DNA of 58,050 bases, the filler included, from Squatina squatina (Eukaryota), in the NCBI GenBank assembly GCA_031763465.1. It is 3 parts of 3 records of this genome, joined end to end, with 100 filler letters (N's around TTAATTAATTAA, not from the genome) between each part and the next. Parts side by side here need not be neighbours in the genome. Positions count along the whole stretch, not along the records: positions 1 to 22,399 come from JARFOE010000016.1; 2 more parts are not named here. The stretch is one strand, 5' to 3'. The position numbers and the translations under genes are program-made. The notes under the pieces were generated by a model. It was not told the origin of the DNA, searched no databases, and worked only from the letters and a program-made list of their open reading frames with translations. Each line of letters opens with the position of its first letter. Position 1 is the stretch's first letter. Positions 1-10,953 of this stretch are shown here, piece by piece.

Positions 1-1312
1 TTTCGATGAAGTGACTCTATAGATAAAGCGAATAAAATAAATGTTGTGTGTATGGATTTTCAGATGGCATTCAGTAAGGTGACCGACAAAAGGTTTGTTA
101 CTGAAACTTAGTTGTAAGATATAAGAGTAAATGTAACACCATCGATAGAATATTAGTTAACAGACAATGAGCAGATAGCGAAAGGCCAATGATTACCTCG
201 TGGAGTTTTGGCTATTAATGCCTATGAGGAACCAGTTGAAAAAAGTCTGAATGAAATGCAACGATACTCATCCCTCACCTGAATTCTCGTAGATTAGACA
301 ATTTTTGAAACAGATATATTCATTGCCTGGTAAGATCAGGTGAGATGCTATGCTGGAGCCCTACAATGATGCTGATAATCAGAACTACTATATTCTATAA
401 TTATTTAAACATTTAACATTTAAACATCTATAAACATTTTGCCAGAGGACCGGAAAGTTAGCCTGCAGCCTTGAAAATTGAAATGTAGCAATAAGAGGGA
501 CGTGAAAAGAAATAAACGCTGCAGTAATCATTGACTGGCAGGTCTTTCACTTGACAGCATGTATACAAAAAACATTTTTATTATGTCAATTGTCCAACTA
601 TGGTCAAACATACTTCGCCATGTTTCCTTGGCCACAGAACACCTTCCTTGTTTACTGCCACGAACTACCGCTGGAGACTGCAACAGTGTTTTTTGCTATT
701 CCAGATTTAGTTGGTGCACATTGACTCTGAGAGTAGGGATCCGTTATGCCCTAACAATATATACGTTCCACTGTTGTACCTCCGGCAGCAACATAGTTTG
801 CGTCTTCTGATCAAAGAGGGCAGTTCTAGCACTTGGCATTTAGCGACATTTCACCTTCTTTCCAGCAATCAGCAGGCACAGTCTATTTTATTGAAAGGAG
901 CAGCAGCCCTTTAATTGCTGATGTACGCTCTATTCTCCAGCCATTTGCTGCTACAGCTCTCCCTGCGTTCGATAAAGTGGATGGTGTATATTAGAATCAT
1001 GTGAGTCAGATGACCTCACCGAATTCTGCCGTGATTTTGGACTGTTTTTTCACTGATTGGCGGATGGATCCTTAAATCCCTTCATTCCAAAGCAGCTGCG
1101 GAAATTAGTCACCTCTAACATATCACGAGAACATTTCACACAAAAACATTTGCAGGAACATTTGTTGCCTTCGCAAAATTCCGCAGTTGCAATGATGGTG
1201 GAAGAAATCTGTCCTGTTAAACTACGTGAATATGCACCTCATGGCTGGTATGCAGATTGCATCCAATTAACTAAATTGCATACTTTCATGAAACAGTGTT
1301 CTTTGTTTCCAG

Positions 1313-2789
1313 ATTCCCAGATGGCGAGCACCCAAAAACTGAACGCTGACTCCCTAAAGGCTCTGAAAGCTTTGTTTTTATCCAAACTCCAGGATGAGAA
1401 ACCAAATGGTAAGAAACATGATTGATAAGTAAGCTGCTTTTGGTACAAGAGTCCATTAGCTTGCTTATGGACTGTGTTAACCGGGCAATGATAACTATTT
1501 CAACAATTAAAGCACAAAGATACAAAATAATAATGAGGAAACATTACAGCTGAGAAAACTGTTGCTCTATTTTGGAACGAATTAATTAATTTTGTATCTT
1601 CAAATATGTCCGGAATAAGGGAGTATGAAATCACATAGTTGAACTGGAGCGAGGTCTAAATATTAACGGGAATTCGTATTTATTTAAATTGACACATAAT
1701 GGTTAACATTTGAAGTGACCTAATCGTGGCTATTATTTAGTGGTCTTTATTCTGAATACATAGTCGGTTTTAAACTGCTTTGATTCTGCAGTCTGAGAAC
1801 AGGGATTTATTCAGAGCTCCATTTCGCCTCAGTGACACCAAGCTTTCTGTTCCTGTGATACCGTGTGTAGGGAGCCATGGTCGCAGTCGTTTTGGTACAC
1901 ATCAGATGTAACTCGAAAGGAACTTTATAATAATATAACAGAGAAGATTGCACAAAGTATTTCCACCAAACCCGTCTCAAGCACACATTAACTACTTAAG
2001 GAAACTTCCATACAGATCATCTATAAATAATTCATAAATTTCTAAATAATATTTTGGATTATATAATACAGTTCTCCTTTGAGAAGCCAACTGATGAGCA
2101 ATAACAAATCAACTAGCAAACTGTTCAATAAGATTTCATGAAATCTGCACAAACTTTTCTACCGGCACATGTGAACTTGAAGGCCAATGTGACAATTATG
2201 GTGCTGCATTGAAAGAATAAAAACTAACCTAACCATTATAGTAATCATCTTCAATTGTCCCTTATGTGAGGCTATGGGCAGAGACAGAAAAATAGCATAT
2301 ATGCTGAACAGACACTGTCAATAATAACATGCATTGTTCTCTATTGCTGCGCTTCGCCTCCTTGACATTAATTTGAACATTATGTACCGTTACACATTTG
2401 CTCAATATCTTTATGTTAACTTATTTAAGGTAATAGTAATGTTACCATATTATCCAAAAGGAAGTAACGTTATCCCAGCTACTTTTCATTCCTGACCATT
2501 TCCACTTGTACCATTTTGTGTAATTTGATGACACCGTTTGTTTAAATGTTGTCTTGGCGACTAGCTTGCTGTAACTTAGGCAGAAAATAAACAGAAAGTT
2601 AGGTGTCAATTATCTTCGGCGAAAGGTAACATCTTTTAAAAGGTACAATTAATACTACGCATGATTTTGACATTTGCCTTATCGAGCATGTGACTAATGT
2701 TTATTTGTATTTAGTTGCAAGGATATCTGACAAAGTTCAAAAGCTGGAAGAATTGCTTTCAACTGTCAGACAAACTTTGCAGAAATATG
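1313..2789 (+). CDS. Two candidate coding exons of an unidentified gene (helical/coiled-coil-like peptide)
   Basis: Exon 1313-1408 (ttgtttccag|...AATG|gtaaga) and exon 2715-2789 (tgtatttag|...TATG|gtaagc) are both phase 1-1 and splice in frame to DSQMASTQKLNADSLKALKALFLSKLQDEKPN-VARISDKVQKLEELLSTVRQTLQKY. No family recognised. Confidence 0.5.
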
Positions 2790-3910
2790 GTAAGCCAACT
2801 GTGGTTAATTACCTGCTCAGATAACCCTGTGATAGCAGAGATGTTAATCCAATTATTCGGGGAGTAAATTCAGCCTGATCTCAACAAAATGCTGACCTGT
2901 TTCCAGGTCCAAGGCTGTGACATTTGTGATGAAATGACTTTGCATTTGTTAGGCTGAAACAATGGACAACAGTGACCATTAAATAATTTATGTTGCTGTA
3001 TTGATAATAAAATGTATTTAAATCCAAAGGCACAATTAATATTTGAAAACATTTCCAATATTTAAATCAGCATGTGTGGGGGCTCAAAGGCGGCCATATC
3101 ACATCAGCTGTCTGTTATACCCACGGTCGGGTATACATTTCTGTTGAGTTCAATAGAACTGAATTTTGGAGGGGGCATATAACTGGCAACAGATACTGCA
3201 CTGCCCGTTTTGTATCCCCGCCCAAGTCACATTTCACACCACTCCTCCTCCCCCAGTATGTTTTAACTCTCCTTTAATAATATATTTCTAAATATTTTTA
3301 CATCCATTCTGCTAGACAATATTTTCCTCAGGGCTCATGGTGTTCCCTTTCTCAATTTTGTTTGTTGCTAAGCAGCAGCGGCATAAAGTCATGTTGTTTG
3401 GGCGGCTCTTGACTTTGGAATTAAAAGCACACAGAATAAAAGCTGAAAGCCAAAGCATGATTCTCTGGTCTGCAGCTACAACATAAAGAGAAAAAACATT
3501 TTCGCAAAAATTCATTTTCACTCCATTCTCAATAATCATGGGTTCACAGAGTTATTGTACTTTGTACCTTATGAGCTGTGCACTTTAGTGAGTGACCCCA
3601 ATACAGCATAAAATGTAACATGAAAAGTCAGAAGCCAAGATCCAGTAACCTTATAACAGAAGTTTTAAATTTAGTTCATCTATTTAACATTGGTTGTCAT
3701 ATATAAAAGTTGAACTATATGTAGATATCGCAGACTCATACCAATTTATGACCAATTTCTATGCAAGATATTCCTTCACTCATTACGGTGTACAGTATAT
3801 ACAGTTTATCATTAAATTAACTCAGTATTAAATTAAATTAGTAGCTTCATGTCCACAAAGGCACTTTAACAGAAAGTTCAAGTATGATTAAGAAATATCA
3901 AGTAGCATAC

Positions 3911-4187
3911 CTTTCTTGACAGCTGTTATTCCCATTGAAGGTTGTCCTAGTGGTGCCTTTTTCTCCCACTTGCCTTCATCCATGTTAAAGATGTCTACTG
4001 ATCCTAAAGGGCTCTGCTCCTCATTCATGCCTCCAATAAGGAGCACTTGTTTGCTCAGAATAACTGCTGCTGCCCCAGCACGAGGAGTGGGCATTGAGGG
4101 TAGTGCTGTCCACTTCTGACTGACAACGTCCAACATTTCAACTTTGTCCAGGGGCAATCCTGTCTCACTGCAACCCCCAAGAACATA
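3911..4187 (-). CDS. KLHDC8B: Kelch domain-containing protein 8B, first coding exon, 5' part missing
   Basis: YVLGGCSETGLPLDKVEMLDVVSQKWTALPSMPTPRAGAAAVILSKQVLLIGGMNEEQSPLGSVDIFNMDEGKWEKKAPLGQPSMGITAVKK matches KLHDC8B kelch repeats; donor AAAG|gtatgc at 3910; 3p21-type neighbours. Confidence 0.88.
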
Positions 4188-4254
4188 GAAACATAGAAAA
4201 TAGGTGCAGGAGTAGGCCATTAGGCCCTTCGAGCCTGCACCGCCATTCAATATG
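4182..4254 (-). mobile_element. CR1-type LINE (or derived SINE) 3' tail with (CTATGTTT)n end
   Basis: acatagaaacatagaaaataggtgcaggagtaggccattaggcccttcgagcctgcaccgccattcaatatg; near-identical tails at 8052-8125 and 17734-17810. Confidence 0.8.
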
Positions 4255-4439
4255 NNNNNNNNNNNNNNNNNNNNNNNNNNNNNNNNNNNNNNNNNNNNNN
4301 NNNNNNNNNNNNNNNNNNNNNNNNNNNNNNNNNNNNNNNNNNNNNNNNNNNNNNATTGGCTGACCTCAAAGTCATGAGGGGGAGGGCGTCATGAGCACCC
4401 CCCCTCCCCATTCTGCCACCACCATGGACTTAAACCATA

Positions 4440-4768
4440 GAAAGTCTTGCATTGATATAGCACCTTTCACGACCAGGCATCCCAAAGTGCTTTACAGACA
4501 ATATTTTTTGAAGTGTAGTCACTGTTGTAATGTGGGAAACGCGGCAGACAATCTGCGCACAGCAAGCTCCCGCAAACAGCAATGTGATAATGACCAGATA
4601 ATCTGTTTTAGTGATGCTGTATGGGAGATAAATATTGGCCAGGACACCGGGGATAACTCCCCTGCTCTTCTCCAAAATAGTGCCATGGGATCTTTTACGT
4701 TCACCTGACAAAGCAGTTTAACGTCTCATCTGTAAGACGACACTTCCGACAGTGCAGCACTCCCTCTG
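4440..4768 (-). mobile_element. Deu-domain SINE (SacSINE1-like), 3' two thirds
   Basis: Reverse complement of gtaaaagatcccatggcactatt...aaagcactttgggatg...tgaaaggtgctatat; same family recurs at 11610, 42100, 47168, 49702, 50040. Confidence 0.8.
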
Positions 4769-4791
4769 TTATGCTCATTATGTTTGACTTT

Positions 4792-5028
4792 TTACACTAG
4801 ATCTTCAGGTTCAGCATCCCAAAGCAAGTCTTCACTCCCAACATACCAGTGTGCCTTACTTGCCCAATACCTAGGTAAATGTTGCAATCACAGGAGTTGA
4901 AGAGAGAATATCGTCACAGTATTAGAGAACATACCACATGCTGCCATGTGATTTTCTTATCTCTAGATAGTGTTTATTCCTCCACCCATTGGGCAGTGGC
5001 TTAACCGCTAAACTACTGGACAGATTTG
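4792..5028 (-). CDS. Candidate last two exons of an unidentified gene
   Basis: Exon 4935-5028 (tttactgttcag|, |gtatgt; only one open frame) joins exon 4792-4870 (tttacctag|) giving NLSSSLAVKPLPNGWRNKHYLEIRKSHGSMW-YWASKAHWYVGSEDLLWDAEPEDLV*. The 64-nt intron is short for a vertebrate. Confidence 0.4.
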
Positions 5029-6319
5029 CTGAACAGTAAACAAATAAATTAACCATATTAAACGTGAATGTTAGATTTACAATATATACAGAATCAACTT
5101 TTTGGATCATTAAACAACAAAAGCAATTTACTGGAAACTTCAATTTAAAGGAAAATGGAGGCGGGTGTAAAATGGGCAGCTGTCGCTCGTTTCTCACCCA
5201 GCGGGAACAGTTAAAATCAACCCCATTGTTTTGGTTGGTCCCCTTGGCAAAAGATGTGTGGCATAGATTATCCCCACTGCTTGTGAACACAAAGAGATAT
5301 GGGAACGACGCCACCAAACCCGAGAAGAGGTCTACAGCAGATACAATTTGCAAGGGTTACCATTTAGCTCTTCGGTCTTTTTGAAATGCTATTGAAATCT
5401 TTATACTAAACCTGCAATAGATGATCAACTTCTAAAACTCACCAGTCAAAATGATCCTGAAAACCTACAATTCCCTCCAATGAAGAGAAATAATGATACA
5501 GAGCTCTAGCGCTTGATTGTGTAGAAATCCGTTCAGATCCCAAAGTCAACACAACATCTTTTTTATTACAACGGATTTTGCCTGGTAATATTCTCAATGG
5601 AAGCTAAAGGGAAAAAATAAGGGCAATATTTGTTAGTTAAGGTTTTCCAAAAATCTTTCCCTTGAGACTGGAAGAATCCAGTGTTCCTTGATAGCTGTTT
5701 TACCTCATACCTATGTCTTCAGTCCTAATCTATTTTTAGCAGACACTTCAGTGGAAGCAGCTCAGAATGACTGTGACATTAACAACATGCTGATGATCAA
5801 AGTGTCCTCCCTGTCAAACCAGGAAAAATACAACATCTTCTCTGTCTTGCATTTTGCAAACTACAGAGATGAGGTACATGAAAGACGCGAGTAGTAAANN
5901 NNNNNNNNNNNNNNNNNNNNNNNNNNNNNNNNNNNNNNNNNNNNNNNNNNNNNNNNNNNNNNNNNNNNNNNNNNNNNNNNNNNNNNNNNNNNNNNNNNAC
6001 GCACGTGGTGACTTGTACGAGTTTGCAATATTCAGCTCATATTAAGCAGTTTTCATTGTTACGATCATGAGTTATTCTGTCCCTATGACTAGATATTTGG
6101 CAGTAAAGGTAAACTCCTGAATATAGGGCATGTGGGTTTTGCTTACGGGAGATACCCAAGAGCATATTCAGTGCAAACCAAAAATTTGCAACAGGGAACT
6201 GATATTTTATCTCCAGTTCTGTTAGCGACTGCATTATTTACCACCAAAGTTATCCATCAAAATATTTACTTTGTCTCTCCAAATTATTTTGTTGTGGCTG
6301 CGTGCTGATGGTTCTTATC

Positions 6320-6541
6320 TTCCTGGTTGATCCGGCCCCAGGTAACAGTGGTTAGAAAGGAACTGAGAGTGCCCCTAGGTCCTTGTCTAGTAACTGTGTC
6401 AGACAGCAAGACTGTGTTATTTAAATCCAAGTGCACGATCAGTTTTGACCTTTTCAAGTTCAATGCAGTGGGAATCTTGGCGATTTGGTTTGAAATAGGT
6501 TCTGCACCCTCAGTGTCTCGATCTGCAGGAAGCAATGCCAT
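6320..6541 (-). CDS. First coding exon of an uncharacterised HAD-like protein (KLIVHLDLNNTVLLSD motif)
   Basis: MALLPADRD...KRSKLIVHLDLNNTVLLSDTVTRQGPRGTLSSFLTTVTWGRINQE; a hydrophobic strand followed by DLNNT resembles HAD motif I (DxDxT). From memory it resembles a fish/invertebrate uncharacterised family. The expected donor reads G|ATAAGA. Confidence 0.65.
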
Positions 6542-7245
6542 TTGTGATTTTAGTATTAGATGCTGTAGACGTCACTTATTTTATCCTAAGTGCATAATTC
6601 TTCGCAGTCATTGCCATTATTTAATTTCTGGCCAAAGGGGATTTCTTCATCAAATTCCTGGTTTCAGCACTGACCCAGAGATGTAGATTATGGAATGGGC
6701 TGGTTGGGCCTCAAAGACCTTGAAAAAAAGATGAAAATTCATTAATCATCAGTATGACTCCAGTTAGATTCTTGGTGTGTTTTAACCCGAATAGAAACAT
6801 AGAATAAAACTAATGGATAACAGTGAGAATTAGGAAATACACAATGGGAATATAAACTATTGTTAATCCAAGTGCAATTACAAACAATGCATAGAAGAAA
6901 CACAGTCGGATTACAGTAGATATTCGAGGGTGGAAGATAATTGGGAATGGCCCATTAGTTCTCTACTGAACTTTGCAGCTTTTTCCTCAGAGTGCAATAA
7001 GCTTTAGATTTTTCTGTTTCCCAATGTGTATTTATATAACGTGCACGGGAGCAGTTTTTCTTTNNNNNNNNNNNNNNNNNNNNNNNNNNNNNNNNNNNNN
7101 NNNNNNNNNNNNNNNNNNNNNNNNNNNNNNNNNNNNNNNNNNNNNNNNNNNNNNNNNNNNNNNTAAAGCTCCTTTGACATAACTAAGTTAAGGGCAAAGA
7201 TATAACTGGCGATTATAAATCATAACTTCTGGTTTGCTTTCTTAG

Positions 7246-7331
7246 TCAGCAAAGTGGACACGGGCTCATTTTCAACAGTAAATATTCTGCGTCAGAGACT
7301 ACACGAGAAAATTCAAGAAAGCCGTGGGCAG
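7246..7331 (+). CDS. SURF6: Surfeit locus protein 6, single internal exon
   Basis: tttcttag|...GGGCAG|gtatga encodes SKVDTGSFSTVNILRQRLHEKIQESRGQ, matching SURF6 LRQRLHEKIQEARGQ. Confidence 0.85.
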
Positions 7332-8051
7332 GTATGATATTTTGAAATGCCTTAAGCTTTACATGTGGGGAATCCTTGGAGTTGCATTTAAGGACAACTG
7401 GGCAGTTCTGGGGAGATTATGTTGCTTTAGGGAAACTTGCTTTGGACAAGAAAAGGAGAAATGAAAACTGCTATTTAGATATAATAATTGGTCTAAATAA
7501 AAGATACTTGATATAAGATTTGAAATAACGTATGATAAATTTGTCTACTTTCAAAGTTTAATGTTTACTGTTCCGTCTAACTGGGGAATTTAATACCCAG
7601 GGCTGTTGAATTTCAAAGTATATGTACAAAAATTTGAACATTCAAAGATCTCTGGACTGGGTTGCAGTTCCAGACTGATTCTACTTGACAGAGCAGGTTT
7701 GAGTGGCATTGTGAAATATCTATTTTTGGCTTGTCGTTAAAAATGGTTTTTTGCCAGTGGTGTTTTACAGTACATAAAGCTTCCACAAAAGGTCCTTACA
7801 GTCACCGATGGTGTCAGAGATTAGATTAGACTGGATTAACTAGAAAATTTAAAGTATAGACTTCTCTCCTTTCCCAAATTTGTACAGTGCAAAACATTAA
7901 AACGCAATGCCAAAATGTTTGACTATAGGGATCTTGGCTGGAAAGGGTCTGNNNNNNNNNNNNNNNNNNNNNNNNNNNNNNNNNNNNNNNNNNNNNNNNN
8001 NNNNNNNNNNNNNNNNNNNNNNNNNNNNNNNNNNNNNNNNNNNNNNNNNNN

Positions 8052-8125
8052 ACAGATCAGCCATGATCGCGTTGAATGGCGGTGCAGGCTCGAAGGGCCG
8101 AATGGCCTACTCCTGCACCTATTTT
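8052..8125 (+). mobile_element. CR1-type 3' tail
   Basis: gatcagccatgatcgcgttgaatggcggtgcaggctcgaagggccgaatggcctactcctgcacctatttt, reverse complement of the tail at 4190-4254. Confidence 0.75.
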
Positions 8126-8200
8126 GTAAGACCTGGGAAGAAAAGAAAGAAAAACAGAGGGATTTCCATCCTTCCCTCCCACACCAAAAACCTTTCTTAC

Positions 8201-9004
8201 CTGGCGCATTTTAGTCCCCGACATAGATCCGCTGTGGTCTATCACAAAGATGACGTTTTTAGGAACTCTGGGTAGATTCGCGGGTGCAAAATGATGTACA
8301 AAATATCCATTTACAATCTGAGAAAATATATAATCAAAACTCATCAGAATAACCAGCAGAGCCATCAGAAGCTTGCATTTTAAGTATAATTTTCAATTAC
8401 CTGAACTCTACCAGCAGACAGATCTCTATTGACATCATAATGTACGATGAAGTCCCCATCCAGAATTGTTTCATGACAATCAGGACACTTGCGCTGTTGC
8501 TCAAGTGTTGGCTTGAAGGTAACGTGTGCCTGAAAGAAGCAGTGACTCAATGTTAATTTACCCGGTTATTATTCCAGTAAAGCTTTTATTTAAACAAAAA
8601 ATATGAACAAAGTCACTTACCCTTGTTGCAGTAAGCATCTTTTTCACAATTGAAGTCAGATTATTTATGAGGAACTTTGCATCAACATCCAAAAAGGCAA
8701 TGCCTTGTGGTTCAAAAACATGTACATCAATCTGGAAACAGCAATTCAAAATGTAATAGAATTTCATCATCATCAATTTGAAAAATCAAACATAGCCTAA
8801 AACTAAAATCTATTAATAATATTGCTACTTTAAAAATGTACCTGGAAATGATTGACAAGCTGCTTGGGTTTTACCCTGATGTTCATCTCATATTTCCCCA
8901 TGTTACGTTTTAATAATTCTTCATAAGTTAGTTCAAATGTGACTTTTTTGGTTGGTCCAATATTTACTGACACTTTAAATTTCTCCATATTTCTTCCAGA
9001 TGCT
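8201..9004 (-). CDS. ITIH3: Inter-alpha-trypsin inhibitor heavy chain (ITIH3-like) paralog A, four consecutive exons (VIT end to VWA start)
   Basis: Exons 8842-9004 (163 nt, [15 protein letters not shown]...[11 protein letters not shown]), 8621-8731 (111, [11 protein letters not shown]), 8401-8529 (129, [18 protein letters not shown]), 8201-8317 (117, [12 protein letters not shown]...[13 protein letters not shown]); all GT-AG. Paralog naming (ITIH3 vs ITIH4) is not certain. Confidence 0.9.
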
Positions 9005-9434
9005 CTTTGGAAATCAGAAAACAAAAAGCAGAAGTTAAAATGTTATTGTTACGTACACACAAGATAATGGGCATCCGAGTGATACACTGAGGCACAGCTC
9101 TCATTGTCTTCCTGTCGTGTGCTGCTGTCCCTCTGTGAGCTTTACATCATAATGACTAAGGCTGTTAATAAAGAATGTCAATATTTAGGGATAGCAAAAG
9201 AAATGCTTGCGTTTATATAGCGTCTTTCAGGATCTCAGGATGTCAGCCACTGAATTACTTTTGAATTGTAGTCATTGTTGTATTGTAGGGAAACGCAGCG
9301 ACCAATATGCACACAAGTTCTTGCAAACAGCACTGAAATAAATAACCAGATAATTTGTTTTAGGTGTTGGTTGAAGGAACTAACACAAACGGATGGAAGA
9401 AAATAATTTCAAGGTATAATTTAATCTGTTCATA

Positions 9435-10256
9435 GGCCGGAATCTTTACCTCGGGTTTGTGTATGCGGGCCGTGTAGCAGGTCAGGATCCTGATGTTGTG
9501 AGCAGCGCGCTCTTCAGTGCAACTTTTACTTAATGGCCCCAATGAAACCAGCCATGTGCATATCCAGGTACAATTAAATGGAGCTGGTCTAATGACATCA
9601 TCGATATCTTGTTTCTAGCAAGCAGCCTGGGAAACATCTCATTTGAAGGTTGCCGAAGGAGTGTTCAAGGTGATTTCCGGTAAGTCTGTTTGGAGGTACA
9701 AAGAACTGAAGGAGGGTGGACTGGTGCAGCACGAAAGAGTCATGACAGTTGCCAGGTAATCTGGTGCACACATGCATGATGATCTTGTTATGGTTGCAGA
9801 CGAGCTCCACATTGAGGGAATAGAAGCCCTTGTGGCTCACAAACAATCCTGGGTGATGTGGGGGTGGCTTGATGGCATATGTGTGCAGTCGATGGTGCCC
9901 TGCACCTGTGGGAAACCAGCCAGAGTTGAGCTACCAAGTGCTGACTTGGTTACACTGACTTCATCAATGGCAGAGTTGACCTAATTGGCTGATTTGTCAA
10001 ACATGGCATCCTTTATCTGGGTGATACCTCTGTGGGCAGCTGTGAGATCCTGCAAATATTTGCTGCAGATCCCTGGTAGGGGCCTGAGGCGAAAAAGTTC
10101 AGGGTGGTGGTGACTTTGAGAGCCGCTGGGAAGAAGTGTCCATTAGGTCCTCTGGGCAGCAGGTCTGCCCGAGACTCCTGAAGCATTGCTGCTCAGTGAG
10201 GTCCAGGAAGCTCATCCTCTGCCTGTATAACCTGTGTTGGGGGTATTGCCTGCGGC
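9435..10256 (-). mobile_element. Degenerate PIF/Harbinger transposon with HARBI1-like DDE transposase remnant
   Basis: Remnants FVSHKGFYSLNVELVCNHNKIIMHVCTRLPGNCHDSFVLHQS and upstream GFPQVQGTIDCTH; frameshifted; ggccggaatctt-type terminus near 9436. Confidence 0.8.
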
Positions 10257-10953
10257 NNNNNNNNNNNNNNNNNNNNNNNNNNNNNNNNNNNNNNNNNNNN
10301 NNNNNNNNNNNNNNNNNNNNNNNNNNNNNNNNNNNNNNNNNNNNNNNNNNNNNNNNCAGTCAATACTTTTGAGATCTTATTTTGAGTTGTTCAAAGCCAT
10401 AATACTGCATTTGGTGACAACCACTATCATGAGCCATTAGTTGGCTCATAACCTCTGCTGTGCGCTAGGTGAAATTACATTTCAAACTCAACACTTAACT
10501 GGTATTTTCTTTAAAATATAATAAACCAGGAAATTCTCATCAAGTGGTTGTTATCAGTCAGATGGAAATTCCTTAATGTTCACTGGGATTTATATCAAGC
10601 ACCTCAAGTGGATGTCAGACTGGATTAAACAGCTGTAGCATTTCTGACATTTTACTGCAAGTCAGCAGCAGACTTACAAGACACGAGTTACCGGCTATTA
10701 TACCATTTAATACCAACCAATGCATAAAATGACTCACGGCAGAGCTGAGTGAAATGCTGGGAATTCCCTCAGAGATGCTCCTGCTCCATCATTATAACTT
10801 TGCTGGAAGTGCACTGGAAATCCAGTTCACAAGCGCCAACAGGGTTTCCTCCGCACTTATGGTGAAGTTACAGCAGCAGTGGTAGCAGCTCTGAGGAAAT
10901 TCTGGGCCATAATAAGAGAGCCAGTATCTGTAAACATCTAATAACCATTGTAC

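Noticed and set aside
5358-5411. Short minus-strand candidate exon (FSIKISIAFQKDRRAKW)
   Set aside because: Its open frame is phase-incompatible with the 4935-5028 exon; no other support.
9598-9846. Possible domesticated HARBI1 gene
   Set aside because: Frameshifted, truncated and inside a transposon-like remnant.
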